DNA from: Candidatus Omnitrophota bacterium
Lineage (GTDB): Bacteria > Omnitrophota > Gorgyraeia > VGKH01 > JBHPFN01
Direction of reading: 5' to 3'
Assembly: GCA_042571725.1 (NCBI GenBank)
Contig: JBHPFN010000001.1
Location: forward strand, 71,218 to 135,217
Length of the DNA stretch: 64,000 nucleotides
In this document: positions 26,798-36,048 of the stretch, piece after piece
Layout: the number at the start of each line of letters is the position of its first letter
Position numbering within the stretch: position 1 is the stretch's first letter
Program-made: the position numbers and the translations under genes
The notes under the pieces: generated by a model
The model's input: only the letters and a program-made list of their open reading frames with translations
Database searches by the model: none
Told to the model about the DNA's origin: nothing

Positions 26798-27676
26798 CTA
26801 TCCTAACGCAAGGCCGTATTTCTTAATATTATTATCTGCTACTGCCTGAACGCGCTTCATCTCTTCCGGAGCCTTCACTACGTGCCTGAATCTTCCCTGC
26901 AATTTAAGATATTCTTCTACAGGCTTAGGTTTTATCTTCTGGACACCAGTCAATTCTCCGTCGGTGTATTCGAAGATCGGATACAATCCTGTCTCAACCG
27001 CAGCTCTGGCAACGGTAACTGTCTCAGCACCCAGATGTCTCCACCCTAAAGGACAAGGAACATGAATCTGAAGATATTTTGGGCCTTTTACTGAAATGGC
27101 TTTTTTTACCTTTTTTTGGATGTCTTTTGGAAATGCGGTTGAGGCGGTTGCCACATAAGGAATCCCGTGGGCGCGTGCGATTTCCGGAATAGGTTTTTTA
27201 TCTCTTGGGTTTCCAAACGACGCCTTTCCCGGAGGAGAAGTCGTCGTGTTGGTATCAAAAGGAGTTAAGCCGCTTCTCTGAATTCCTGTATTCATATAGG
27301 CTTCGTTATCGTAGCAAACCGATAAAATATCATGGCCTCTCTCCCACATCCCCGAAAGAGCCTGTAGGCCGATATCTGCGGTACCGCCGTCACCGGCTTG
27401 GGAAATGACATTAATATTTTCTTTCTTACCTAAATACCGCAGAGCTGCTTCTATCCCTGAGGAAACCGCACCTGCATTCTCAAACAAAGAATGAATAAAC
27501 GGTACTTCCCAAGCTGTCTCCGGATACTTTGTGGTGAACACTTCAAGACACCCGGTGTTATTGGCGATAATCGTATTCTCTCCCGCAACCTCAAGCACCA
27601 ACCGTGCGGCAATCGCCTGGCCACACCCGGCACAAGCAGTGTGTCCAGAATTAAACATTACTTTATTTTCCGACAT
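26798..27676 (-). CDS. porB: pyruvate/2-oxoacid:ferredoxin oxidoreductase beta subunit
   Basis: GHTACAGCG, GDGGTADIG, DNEAYMNTGIQRS, PCPLGW. Confidence 0.93.
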   Translation of the reverse strand: MSENKVMFNSGHTACAGCGQAIAARLVLEVAGENTIIANNTGCLEVFTTKYPETAWEVPFIHSLFENAGAVSSGIEAALRYLGKKENINVISQAGDGGTADIGLQALSGMWERGHDILSVCYDNEAYMNTGIQRSGLTPFDTNTTTSPPGKASFGNPRDKKPIPEIARAHGIPYVATASTAFPKDIQKKVKKAISVKGPKYLQIHVPCPLGWRHLGAETVTVARAAVETGLYPIFEYTDGELTGVQKIKPKPVEEYLKLQGRFRHVVKAPEEMKRVQAVADNNIKKYGLALG

Positions 27677-28847
27677 ATTTTTCCTCCAGAAGTTCTTTCT
27701 TCACATCAATAAATTCACAGTCAACTTGTTCTCCTGAGAGCCTCTCAACTATCTGTCTGATTGAATTCTTGGTAATGTCCCTTCCGCCTAATCCGATGAC
27801 AAATCCGCTAACCTTCGGAACTGTCCTTTGCCCTAAATATATCGAGGTTAAATCAGTATAGAGCGGACCATTCAATCCTAAGGAAATTGACTTATCAACA
27901 ACGGCGATTTCCGAGACATCCTTTAATGCGTCTAAAATCGCATGCTTGGGAAATGGTCTATAGGTAACTACTTTTAATGCACCAACCTTCTTTCCCTCAT
28001 TGCGTAAATCGTCGACCGTCTCTTTTATGGTTCCTGTAATCGAGCCCATCGAAACAATTACCTGCTGTGCACCTTCTAACCTATAGCCTTCGACAAGACC
28101 GGGTAATTCTCGACCGAATACCTTTTTAAACTCTGCGGTAAGCTCGGGAATAATCTTTAAGACGTCTTCATGAGTTTTCTGAATCGCGATGCGTGTTTCC
28201 ATATAATGTTCTGGTGTAGCCAAACATCCCAGCGTCATAGGATCGCTTGGATCTAATTTGTACAGCGGCTTATACGCAGGTAAAAATTTGTCTACCTCCT
28301 CTTGAGAAGGCATATCAACCGTCTCGAGCCCGTGCGTTAAGATGTAGCCATCTAAATTAACCATTGCCGGTAGCATGACACGATGATCTTCGCTGAGTCG
28401 GTATCCTAAAAGGTGTAAATCAGCTACCTCTTGATTATTTTCACCGAACATTAAAATCCAACCACTGTCTCTGACTGCCATGACATCCTGTTGATCATTC
28501 CAGATGCTAATGGGAGCTGATACTGCGCGGTTGGCACAGGCCAATACAAGCGGCAGACGCATCCCGGCAATATTAAAGATAACCTCTGCCATCAATAAAA
28601 GTCCTTGGGAACTCGTGGCGGTAAATGAACGCACTCCGGTTGCGACTGCACCTAACACGGTTGAGGCGGCAGAATGTTCGCTCTCAACATTGACAAACTG
28701 GCAGTTGAGTTCTCCGTCGGCAACAAACTGCGCCAGGCCCTCAACAATATGCGTCTGGGGGGTAATCGGATATGCTGAAATTACTCCGGGTTTACAGAGC
28801 TTGACGATTTCAGCTATTGCATGTGAACCTTCGATAAACTTTTTCAT
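27663..28847 (-). CDS. porA: pyruvate/2-oxoacid:ferredoxin oxidoreductase alpha subunit
   Basis: AYPITPQT, ESEHSA, TATSSQGL, GLGGRD. Confidence 0.93.
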   Translation of the reverse strand: MKKFIEGSHAIAEIVKLCKPGVISAYPITPQTHIVEGLAQFVADGELNCQFVNVESEHSAASTVLGAVATGVRSFTATSSQGLLLMAEVIFNIAGMRLPLVLACANRAVSAPISIWNDQQDVMAVRDSGWILMFGENNQEVADLHLLGYRLSEDHRVMLPAMVNLDGYILTHGLETVDMPSQEEVDKFLPAYKPLYKLDPSDPMTLGCLATPEHYMETRIAIQKTHEDVLKIIPELTAEFKKVFGRELPGLVEGYRLEGAQQVIVSMGSITGTIKETVDDLRNEGKKVGALKVVTYRPFPKHAILDALKDVSEIAVVDKSISLGLNGPLYTDLTSIYLGQRTVPKVSGFVIGLGGRDITKNSIRQIVERLSGEQVDCEFIDVKKELLEEKYVGK

Positions 28848-29110
28848 TTTTCCTCTTCTCCTTCGGGAATCATTTCAATATCTTTTTTCGGACAGATAAA
28901 TGCACACAACCCACAACCTTTGCAATAATCAGGGTCATTTTTGTAAGAATTTTTCTCCTTACCAGCAATACACCCTTCAGGACAAATCGTCACGCATAGA
29001 TTACAAGCAATACATTCTTTTTGTAAAAACCTTGGCTTTACATCAATACGCCACGAGCCGGTTTTATTCGCTCTGCTCGATTTCGGTCTTGCAACTAAAG
29101 GACCAAACAT
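28844..29110 (-). CDS. porD: POR delta subunit (2x[4Fe-4S])
   Basis: KTGSWR, CIACNLC..CP, YCKGCGLC..CP. Confidence 0.92.
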   Translation of the reverse strand: MFGPLVARPKSSRANKTGSWRIDVKPRFLQKECIACNLCVTICPEGCIAGKEKNSYKNDPDYCKGCGLCAFICPKKDIEMIPEGEEEK

Positions 29111-29122
29111 TATTTTTCTCCT

Positions 29123-29668
29123 CTATTTTTGTTTTTTAATAAAATCAAAGCCGCGCTTTGCTGCCTCGACATTTACCTCTGCAAGCTTTCCTGTAAATCG
29201 CTCGTTTACAGCCTTAGAGACTGACTCAAAATTCATCTGACCCGTTGCTGCAGCAAATGCCCCAATAAGAGTAGTATTTCCTAGAGGTTTTCCGATAACC
29301 TCCATAGCAATTTTATTTGCAGGCACGACAAAACACTTTTGTTTCTTTTCTGGTTTTGGTGCCTCGAGGCCCTCGCGCTCATTAATTAATGCGATTCCAT
29401 CAGGGTTTAAGCTAGTGAAACAATTAAAACCACGCATCAAGGTGGCATCTACAATAATTACATAGTCAGGGTTATAAATCTGGCTTCGCAAGCGGATAGG
29501 CTTATCGTCAACTCGAACAAACGCATTCATTGGGGCACCCATTCTGGCTGCGCCGAAATGAGGAAATGCGTAGGCATATTTTCCCTCTTGAAACAGTGCC
29601 TGGCCTAGAATGGTAGCGGTGGTAATCGCTCCCTGGCCAGCACGAGCATAAATCTTGATTTCTTTCAT
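29123..29668 (-). CDS. porC: POR gamma subunit
   Basis: RAGQGAITTA, FPHFGAARMGAP; first gene of the gamma-delta-alpha-beta operon. Confidence 0.9.
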   Translation of the reverse strand: MKEIKIYARAGQGAITTATILGQALFQEGKYAYAFPHFGAARMGAPMNAFVRVDDKPIRLRSQIYNPDYVIIVDATLMRGFNCFTSLNPDGIALINEREGLEAPKPEKKQKCFVVPANKIAMEVIGKPLGNTTLIGAFAAATGQMNFESVSKAVNERFTGKLAEVNVEAAKRGFDFIKKQK

Positions 29669-29711
29669 TACAGCTCCTTTTTGGAAATTAAAGAGTTAGG
29701 AATGTCTTTCT

Positions 29712-29740
29712 ATTATAGTAAGTAACGTTTTTTGAATCAA
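29712..29740 (-). promoter_or_regulatory. sigma70 promoter of por operon
   Basis: TTGATT-N17-TATAAT. Confidence 0.65.
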
Positions 29741-29780
29741 GCTTTTATTTCAGTCTTTTTTCTACTACAGAGCAATGTTT

Positions 29781-30377
29781 CTACCCTAATAACGATTTTA
29801 CGGTAGTCGTTTTTACGCCTTTTGCCCTTAGCAGCTGCAAGGTTTTTTTTCCTGCCTTTTTATCTACGGGCTTTACCGTATCGTGCACGAGACGAATATC
29901 TTTTTTTAATTTTAGCAATCCTAAGCAGCAGGCCTTTACGCAATAGTCTGTGGCAACTCCGTAGACATACAAGGTGTCGGCGTAGCGAAAGAGCGACTTT
30001 GCGCTCGGATTAGAAAAGATATCAAAGGTATTCTTCTCAATAATAAGCTGGGGATAGGAATGTAGCGCCCTCGTAAGAAAACGCGTTGAGTACTTTTTTC
30101 GTTTTAAACGAATCCGCTTCTTAAGTAACGTCTCTTTTATCTTCCGCTGCCCTAAAGATCCCTCAATGCAATGACCGGGAAACTGTTTAAATTCTTGATC
30201 CTTTTTCGAATGCGTATCGACCGAAGCGATAATAGGAATATCTTTCTTCTGAGCATGCGCGGTTAATTTTTTTAGGCGGGGGATGATCGATTCGGCACCA
30301 GGCACATAGAGCGCTCCTCTTCTGTGCATAAAGTCAGACTGCGTATCGATATCAACAAAAAAAATCCTTTTTCTCAC
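29781..30377 (-). CDS. pncA: nicotinamidase (isochorismatase family)
   Basis: DIDTQSDF..GALYV, DTH, FPGHC, GVATDYCV; adjacent to pncB. Confidence 0.88.
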   Translation of the reverse strand: MRKRIFFVDIDTQSDFMHRRGALYVPGAESIIPRLKKLTAHAQKKDIPIIASVDTHSKKDQEFKQFPGHCIEGSLGQRKIKETLLKKRIRLKRKKYSTRFLTRALHSYPQLIIEKNTFDIFSNPSAKSLFRYADTLYVYGVATDYCVKACCLGLLKLKKDIRLVHDTVKPVDKKAGKKTLQLLRAKGVKTTTVKSLLG

Positions 30378-31750
30378 TGGGAGCGCTTTTTAATGTTTTT
30401 TACTACTTTCTTGGTCAAGCTTTTAAGCTGAGGACTAATGACCACGGGGTAGGGTATGGCGCCTTTTAACTTTTTATATCGTTCAGGCAACCTGGTAAGA
30501 TTATCTTGAGTGAAACGTCGTATGTCATCCAGGGGAGGAGGGTCGTAGTCAATCCTGCCTGAATCCATGACTTTTTCTAGCAGTGGTTTTCCGTCGATAT
30601 GTTCATCTTCAAGTGCTAAAATATCTTTTGCAAATAATCCCTTTTCCAGCACTCTAAATACCTGTTTTCTCCCGGGATGAGTCACTTTTGCCTGGCTTAA
30701 CTTCATGGTAGGTAAAAACTCACCTGTTGCATCTGTGACTTCGCAGATCTTATAAATGACATCGCTGTACGGTGCATCTTCAGAAACACCCATATTGGTG
30801 CCCACGCCAAAGCTATCAATAGGAGCTTTTGCAGCAAGCAGTTCTTCAATTTTAAACTCATCTAGATTGCCGCTGGCAAATATTTTTACCTTTTGTAATC
30901 GTTCGGCATCAAGCATCATTCTAATTTTCTTCGAAAGCTTCACGAGATTGCCACTATCGAGGCGTATGCCTTTAAGCATAAAACCGGCTTTGTCTAACTC
31001 ATGTGCAACAGCAATTGCATTTTTAATACCCTTAATATTATCGTAGGTATCGATAAGTAAAATAGAATCGTCGGGAAATGTGTGAACAAATGCCTTAAAG
31101 CTATCGGCCTCACTCTCAAACGACATTACAAACGAATGCGCCATGGTACCTACCACGGGGATTTTATCGCGAAGGCCGGCTAAAACATTAGAAGTCCCTT
31201 TAAAGCCTGCGATGTACGATGAGCGCGCCACTTTAAGTGCTGCATCAGCACCGTGGGTCCTGCGGAGTGCAAAATCGTATACCCCTTTACCCTTGGCTGC
31301 GCTTACCACGCGTGCAGCCTTTGTAGTAATTGTCGTCTGTAGATTAATCGTATTAAGTAAAAAGCTTTCCGCCAATTGAGCCTCAATAATCGGCGCGACC
31401 ACCCGAAGCAAAGGCTCATTCGGAAAACAGATCTCTCCTTCGCGCATCGCCCATACGTCTCCGGTAAACCGCAGTTTGGCTAAGTACTCTAAGAAATCTT
31501 CTTTGAAACGGTTTTGCTTGCTTAAGAATTCAATCGCATCAGCATCAAAGTGAAAATTGCTTAAGAAATCCAATGCATCCTCAAGCCCTGCGGCAACGAA
31601 ATATGAACGATTGGCAGGCAAATTGCGAATGAATAAGTCGAACACCGCCTTGGCATCCTTTTTGTATACAAAGTAACTGGCGGCCATGGCGAACTCATAA
31701 AAATCGGTTAAAAGAGCTGTATTATTAGATTTCGTTGTTTGTTCAAGCAT
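30374..31750 (-). CDS. pncB: nicotinate phosphoribosyltransferase
   Basis: LLTDFYE, DFALRRTHG, GTMAHS, IRLDSG, FGVGT. Confidence 0.95.
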   Translation of the reverse strand: MLEQTTKSNNTALLTDFYEFAMAASYFVYKKDAKAVFDLFIRNLPANRSYFVAAGLEDALDFLSNFHFDADAIEFLSKQNRFKEDFLEYLAKLRFTGDVWAMREGEICFPNEPLLRVVAPIIEAQLAESFLLNTINLQTTITTKAARVVSAAKGKGVYDFALRRTHGADAALKVARSSYIAGFKGTSNVLAGLRDKIPVVGTMAHSFVMSFESEADSFKAFVHTFPDDSILLIDTYDNIKGIKNAIAVAHELDKAGFMLKGIRLDSGNLVKLSKKIRMMLDAERLQKVKIFASGNLDEFKIEELLAAKAPIDSFGVGTNMGVSEDAPYSDVIYKICEVTDATGEFLPTMKLSQAKVTHPGRKQVFRVLEKGLFAKDILALEDEHIDGKPLLEKVMDSGRIDYDPPPLDDIRRFTQDNLTRLPERYKKLKGAIPYPVVISPQLKSLTKKVVKNIKKRSQ

Positions 31751-31771
31751 AGCGCATCACCATTTTTCTTT

Positions 31772-32284
31772 CTATTCTGATTGTTCTGTGAATTTTTCTT
31801 TATAATCCGCTGGAAACTCGTGCTTAGTCTCGATAACAATGCCTTGCTTATTAATCAGTACATACGTCGGCACGCCGATAATGTGATACTGGCTTGACAC
31901 ATCTTCGTTTTCATCCAAAAATATTGGATACGAAACAGAATATCTGTCTACGTATTCCTGCACTCGGCTCTGTTTCTCGCCTAAATCGATTGCCAATAAC
32001 TCAACACCATTACTTTGTATTTTCGAGTATTCTGTGTTGAGGGTCCGGATTCCACTGCGGCAATTAGGACACCAGGTAGTCCAGAAAAAAAGTATAATGG
32101 GTTTTTTGCCTTTCCACTCAGAAAGGCTTACCTCGTTTCCTCGTAAATCGGAAAGAGTAAATTCCGGGGCTTCTTTATTAATAATCAGCTGCGAAAACGG
32201 CATCATTGCAAGCGCATTACCTATCAACAAACAGATACACAACACGCAAAGAAACGCTGTTATACTATTTTGCTTCATATTCAT
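31772..32284 (-). CDS. TlpA/ResA family periplasmic thiol-disulfide oxidoreductase
   Basis: Signal/TM, APEFTL, FWTTWCPNC, GVPT. Confidence 0.9.
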   Translation of the reverse strand: MNMKQNSITAFLCVLCICLLIGNALAMMPFSQLIINKEAPEFTLSDLRGNEVSLSEWKGKKPIILFFWTTWCPNCRSGIRTLNTEYSKIQSNGVELLAIDLGEKQSRVQEYVDRYSVSYPIFLDENEDVSSQYHIIGVPTYVLINKQGIVIETKHEFPADYKEKFTEQSE

Positions 32285-32955
32285 AATAGCATCCTTCCTG
32301 TTTTAATTAAAAAGTAAATGCCAATCCCGACTAATACAAGACCACCGATTCTCTTTACCCATAACATCCATCTGCCAGGTTTGGGCAGACTTACCAGCAA
32401 GCTACTAAAAGTTCCTGTTAAGACAAGCGTAAATCCCATACCAAAGGCAAAGGTAAACAACAATGACGTGGCTAAAATCAGATTTTGCTTGCTTGCGACA
32501 TAGAGCAATAATGATGAAACAATAGGAAATACACACGGTCCAATTGCTAAGCCGGAAATCAAGCCAAATATAAACAGCGAGATAAAATCTCCCTTGGGAG
32601 TTTTACGCTGTAGTGAGATCTGACGAACCGGTAATCGAATCACCTCTGCCATAGATAAACCGAATACGATACAGGCTACCCCAATTACCGCATACGAGAC
32701 AGGATGAGAACTAATCTTACCGAACAGCGTTCCGGTTAAGCCTGCGATGAGACCTAAAATCGAGTAGGTAACCGCGATGCCAGAGACATACACTAAACTT
32801 AAATAGAGCCCTCTGCTTCTCGATCCTTCTGCCTTGGGGGCAATCACGCTTAATGTAATGGGAATGAGCGGATATATGCACGGGGTAAAACTTACTATCA
32901 CCCCGGCTCCGAAAACTGAAAAATAATCAATTACCTTTACGACGTACGGATCCAT
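32281..32955 (-). CDS. ccdA: CcdA/DsbD transmembrane disulfide-interchange protein
   Basis: SFTPCIYPLIP, GPCVFP, PKPGRWM; multiple TMs. Confidence 0.88.
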   Translation of the reverse strand: MDPYVVKVIDYFSVFGAGVIVSFTPCIYPLIPITLSVIAPKAEGSRSRGLYLSLVYVSGIAVTYSILGLIAGLTGTLFGKISSHPVSYAVIGVACIVFGLSMAEVIRLPVRQISLQRKTPKGDFISLFIFGLISGLAIGPCVFPIVSSLLLYVASKQNLILATSLLFTFAFGMGFTLVLTGTFSSLLVSLPKPGRWMLWVKRIGGLVLVGIGIYFLIKTGRMLL

Positions 32956-33250
32956 CTATCCAATCAAGATATGGTTTGTACCCTGCAACGATAGGTAATG
33001 CAATAATCTCTGGGACATCATAGCTGTGCAGAGACCTCACCTTTGTAATCAATCTTTTGAAAAGTGACTTTTTCGTTTTAATAACGAGCAACGCCTCTTT
33101 GGCGGAGTCAACCTTATTATCCCACCAAAAAAGCGACTGCACCGGATTAACAATGTTTACGCAGGCAGCTAATTTTTCTTTAATGAGCGCCTGTGCGATT
33201 TTTTTTGCCTGCGCAATGTTTGCGGCCGTAACGAATACAACGATCTTCAT
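32927..33250 (-). CDS. cutA: CutA divalent-cation tolerance protein
   Basis: KLAACVN, SLFWW, HSYDVPEIIA. Confidence 0.93.
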   Translation of the reverse strand: MKIVVFVTAANIAQAKKIAQALIKEKLAACVNIVNPVQSLFWWDNKVDSAKEALLVIKTKKSLFKRLITKVRSLHSYDVPEIIALPIVAGYKPYLDWIDGSVRRKGN

Positions 33251-33268
33251 AACTTAAACGCACTCCTT

Positions 33269-33502
33269 TTATGAACCTAAAAGCTTCTCAATCCGCTCTT
33301 GGTCAAACCCTACGATGACTTCCTTATCCACTGCAATCACGGGAACTCCCATCTGACCGGAAAGCTTAATCATCTCATCAAGCTTGCTTCGATCTGAAGA
33401 GACATCGATATTTTCGTAACTGACCCCTTTTTGATTCAAATAGTCTTTTGCCTTTATGCAATAGGGGCACGTCGGCGTTGAGTAGACCTTTACCGTAGCC
33501 AT
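33269..33502 (-). CDS. glutaredoxin/NrdH-like protein
   Basis: TPTCPYC, SGQMGVPV, GFD. Confidence 0.92.
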   Translation of the reverse strand: MATVKVYSTPTCPYCIKAKDYLNQKGVSYENIDVSSDRSKLDEMIKLSGQMGVPVIAVDKEVIVGFDQERIEKLLGS

Positions 33503-33519
33503 TGCTTCCTCCTTAGAAT

Positions 33520-33999
33520 TTAACCGTGAATTTTCTTAGTTAGCTTCGCTATTCTCTGGCCGAACCTCACGCACTGTTTGTGTGCGCGTGCGTCGGGCGC
33601 ACTAATGGAAACCGGCCCATAGTGGTCACCCATCGGGTCACCTTGGATAATCATACCATGAATGAGCATTGCATTCAAGATATCTAACACCGTGGTTTCA
33701 TTGCCACCACCGATGTTAGCACTGGAGGAAAACGCCCCTCCTACCTTTCCATTTAAACTACCATGAAATTTCACCGAATCATCAAACAGTAGTTTTATTT
33801 GGTAGCTCATGCTACCGTAATATACAGGAGAGCCGACAATAATTGTATCAGCTGTCTGAAGCTCTTTTGCCTTTGTATCCTCTACCTTTTTAAGCTCAAC
33901 TTCAACTCCGCCTTCTTTTTCAATGCCTTCCACTATGAGCTCTGCCATTTTTTTAGTATTGCCGGATTGGCTGTAGTAAATTACTAATGCTCTTGCCAT
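33520..33999 (-). CDS. WrbA-like flavodoxin-family protein
   Basis: YYSQSGNT, GSPVYYG, GGGNET. Confidence 0.88.
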   Translation of the reverse strand: MARALVIYYSQSGNTKKMAELIVEGIEKEGGVEVELKKVEDTKAKELQTADTIIVGSPVYYGSMSYQIKLLFDDSVKFHGSLNGKVGGAFSSSANIGGGNETTVLDILNAMLIHGMIIQGDPMGDHYGPVSISAPDARAHKQCVRFGQRIAKLTKKIHG

Positions 34000-34050
34000 A
34001 GCAACCTCCTTATGCCTATTGAGTTTTTATTTACGTTGAGAGCAAATTTT

Positions 34051-35016
34051 CTATACCGCCTCTATTGTCGATGGTGGTTTGGTGGCGAGGTTATAGGTAA
34101 CACTTACCACACCGTCAACTTCAGAGACAATTCTATCAGCTAGCTTGCGTAACGTATCAAACGGGATATTCGTTGGTTGAGCCTCACGTGCATCAACACT
34201 ATCCCAGCAGCGGATTTCAATCTGCATGCCAAACTCCCGCTTATTATTACGCATACCGGTAACCCTATCTTGATGCAGAATCGCCATATATTGGAATGCA
34301 TTAGTTGAACAAAGTAACTCTTCAGTGATTATAGTGGCCTGACGTACAATCTCAATGCGCTCAGGCGTTGCTTCTCCAATTACCCTGGCAGAAAGTGCCG
34401 GTCCGGGAAACGGAATTCTCTTGAATATTGAACCAGGCAACCCTAATGACTCTGCAAGTTTTCGAACACCGTCTTTGCGAAGTTGCACTAAGGGCTCAAT
34501 AATTTTATACCCAAAGGCCTGCTGAGGGTCAATACCAAGCTGCTCAAACACATTGTGTTGTCGTTTTATCCCTGCGATGGTCTCATCGACATCGGTAAGG
34601 ATAGTGCCTTGTAACAGAAATTTTGCACCGCTGTCTTTGACGAGTTTTCCAAATACATCCTTATAGAACGTCTGCGTAATAGCTTCCCGTTTTTCTTCAG
34701 GATCGGTTATACCTTTTAAGGCGTTAAAAAAGTTTTTTCGTGCGTCAACAATCTCAACGTCTACTCCATGATTTCTAAATAATGATGCAATTTGTTCTGG
34801 CTCATCTTTTCGCATAAGGCCGTTATCGATAAAATACGTCTTAAGCCGATTACCCAGTGCTTTATGTCCCAACATGGTTACTGCGGAAGAATCTACTCCA
34901 CCCGAAAGAGCGTTTATCGCCACGCCTTTTCCTACGGTATCAGAAATTTCTTTTCTTTTGGTCGTAATAAATTCTTCTGGCTTAAGTGTACTTACCTGAA
35001 TCTCTTTTGCTTCCAT
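34051..35016 (-). CDS. GMP synthase ATP-pyrophosphatase subunit (stand-alone, no GATase domain)
   Basis: LSGGVDSS, DPEEKR, LQGT, HNV, PFPGPALS.R, KPPSTIE. Confidence 0.88.
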   Translation of the reverse strand: MEAKEIQVSTLKPEEFITTKRKEISDTVGKGVAINALSGGVDSSAVTMLGHKALGNRLKTYFIDNGLMRKDEPEQIASLFRNHGVDVEIVDARKNFFNALKGITDPEEKREAITQTFYKDVFGKLVKDSGAKFLLQGTILTDVDETIAGIKRQHNVFEQLGIDPQQAFGYKIIEPLVQLRKDGVRKLAESLGLPGSIFKRIPFPGPALSARVIGEATPERIEIVRQATIITEELLCSTNAFQYMAILHQDRVTGMRNNKREFGMQIEIRCWDSVDAREAQPTNIPFDTLRKLADRIVSEVDGVVSVTYNLATKPPSTIEAV

Positions 35017-35090
35017 TTTCTCCTCCTTTTAAGTTAAATGATTTTTTTGAGATCTCTATTGAACGGTATGGTGCTGCCGGTTATCTTATA

Positions 35091-35119
35091 AGAATACCTG
35101 TCTTTGCCTCCGCGTGCAA
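35091..35119 (-). promoter_or_regulatory. possible sigma70 promoter of the GMP synthase subunit
   Basis: TTGCAC-N17-TATTCT. Confidence 0.35.
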
Positions 35120-35196
35120 ATGAAAATTTTCTGAGTCATGCATGCTAGCGTGCCGTAGATTAATTCTGAAATCAATGCAAATGCGCTACTCCGACC

Positions 35197-36045
35197 CTAG
35201 ACATGAACACACCCTTGTAAAAAACTATCAATGCATTGAGGAAGACTTGCGCTATACCCTCCCTCCAACACACAGAACACAGGAATGCGCAATTGAAAAA
35301 CTAGCTGAGCGATTTTTTTATAACTTTCAACCGTAAGTACAATACCCGCCAGAGGATCGTCGATAAAGGTATCAAAACCGCAGGACATTCCAATTAAATG
35401 TGGCTTAAACTGTGCAATTTTTTCTACTGCTGCGCGCAACACCTGCAAATACCCTTCTTCATCTGTTCCTGCAGGCAGGGGAAAATTCAAACAATTATCC
35501 TCTGAGCGCATGCCTGTTCCAGGATAGAGCGGGCTTTGATGAAGCGAGATAAACAACACTTCTTTTTCTCCTTTAAAAATATCTTCAGTGCCGTTTCCGT
35601 GATGTACGTCTATATCGAGAATTGCGATTCTCTCTGCCTTGGATAAAATCTTTTTTGCAGCAACTGCGATTTTATTAAAATAACAAAAGCCACCGATATT
35701 TTTCTTTGTTGCATGATGTCCCGGCGGCCGCATTAAAGAAAATCCAAAATCACCGCTCAAGGAAAGCTCCGCTGCCTGAATCGCCGCCCCTGCCGAAAGA
35801 AGCGCATGCGTAAATATCCCGTCGAAAAAAGGTGTGTCTGCATCAAAAAAGTTTCCAGTTTTAACCTGTTCAATAAGGCTCTTTGTATGGACTAATGCAA
35901 TATCGCTTTCGCTGGCCGGAATTGGTTCGATTAAATTATATCCCTTACTTTTAAGAAACTCATAGCTCCTCTTCACCCGCAGCGGGCTCTCGGGATGTCC
36001 TGGTTGACCATACTCTGTACATCGTAAACTTGAGATAATTTTCAT
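35197..36045 (-). CDS. Zn-dependent histone deacetylase family protein
   Basis: HPESP.R, RPPGHHA, GGFCYFN, DIDVHHGNGT, LEGGY. Confidence 0.93.
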   Translation of the reverse strand: MKIISSLRCTEYGQPGHPESPLRVKRSYEFLKSKGYNLIEPIPASESDIALVHTKSLIEQVKTGNFFDADTPFFDGIFTHALLSAGAAIQAAELSLSGDFGFSLMRPPGHHATKKNIGGFCYFNKIAVAAKKILSKAERIAILDIDVHHGNGTEDIFKGEKEVLFISLHQSPLYPGTGMRSEDNCLNFPLPAGTDEEGYLQVLRAAVEKIAQFKPHLIGMSCGFDTFIDDPLAGIVLTVESYKKIAQLVFQLRIPVFCVLEGGYSASLPQCIDSFLQGCVHV

Positions 36046-36048
36046 ATC

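Noticed and set aside
35138-35155. Sigma54-like CGGCACG...TGCA site
   Set aside because: GG-to-GC spacing is 11 nt rather than the strict 10
35017-35200. Purine or ykkC (PRPP/ppGpp) riboswitch before the GMP synthase subunit
   Set aside because: Only fragments (CTAGGGT, TCTAC, GACT) are present; the required stems and conserved cores cannot be built
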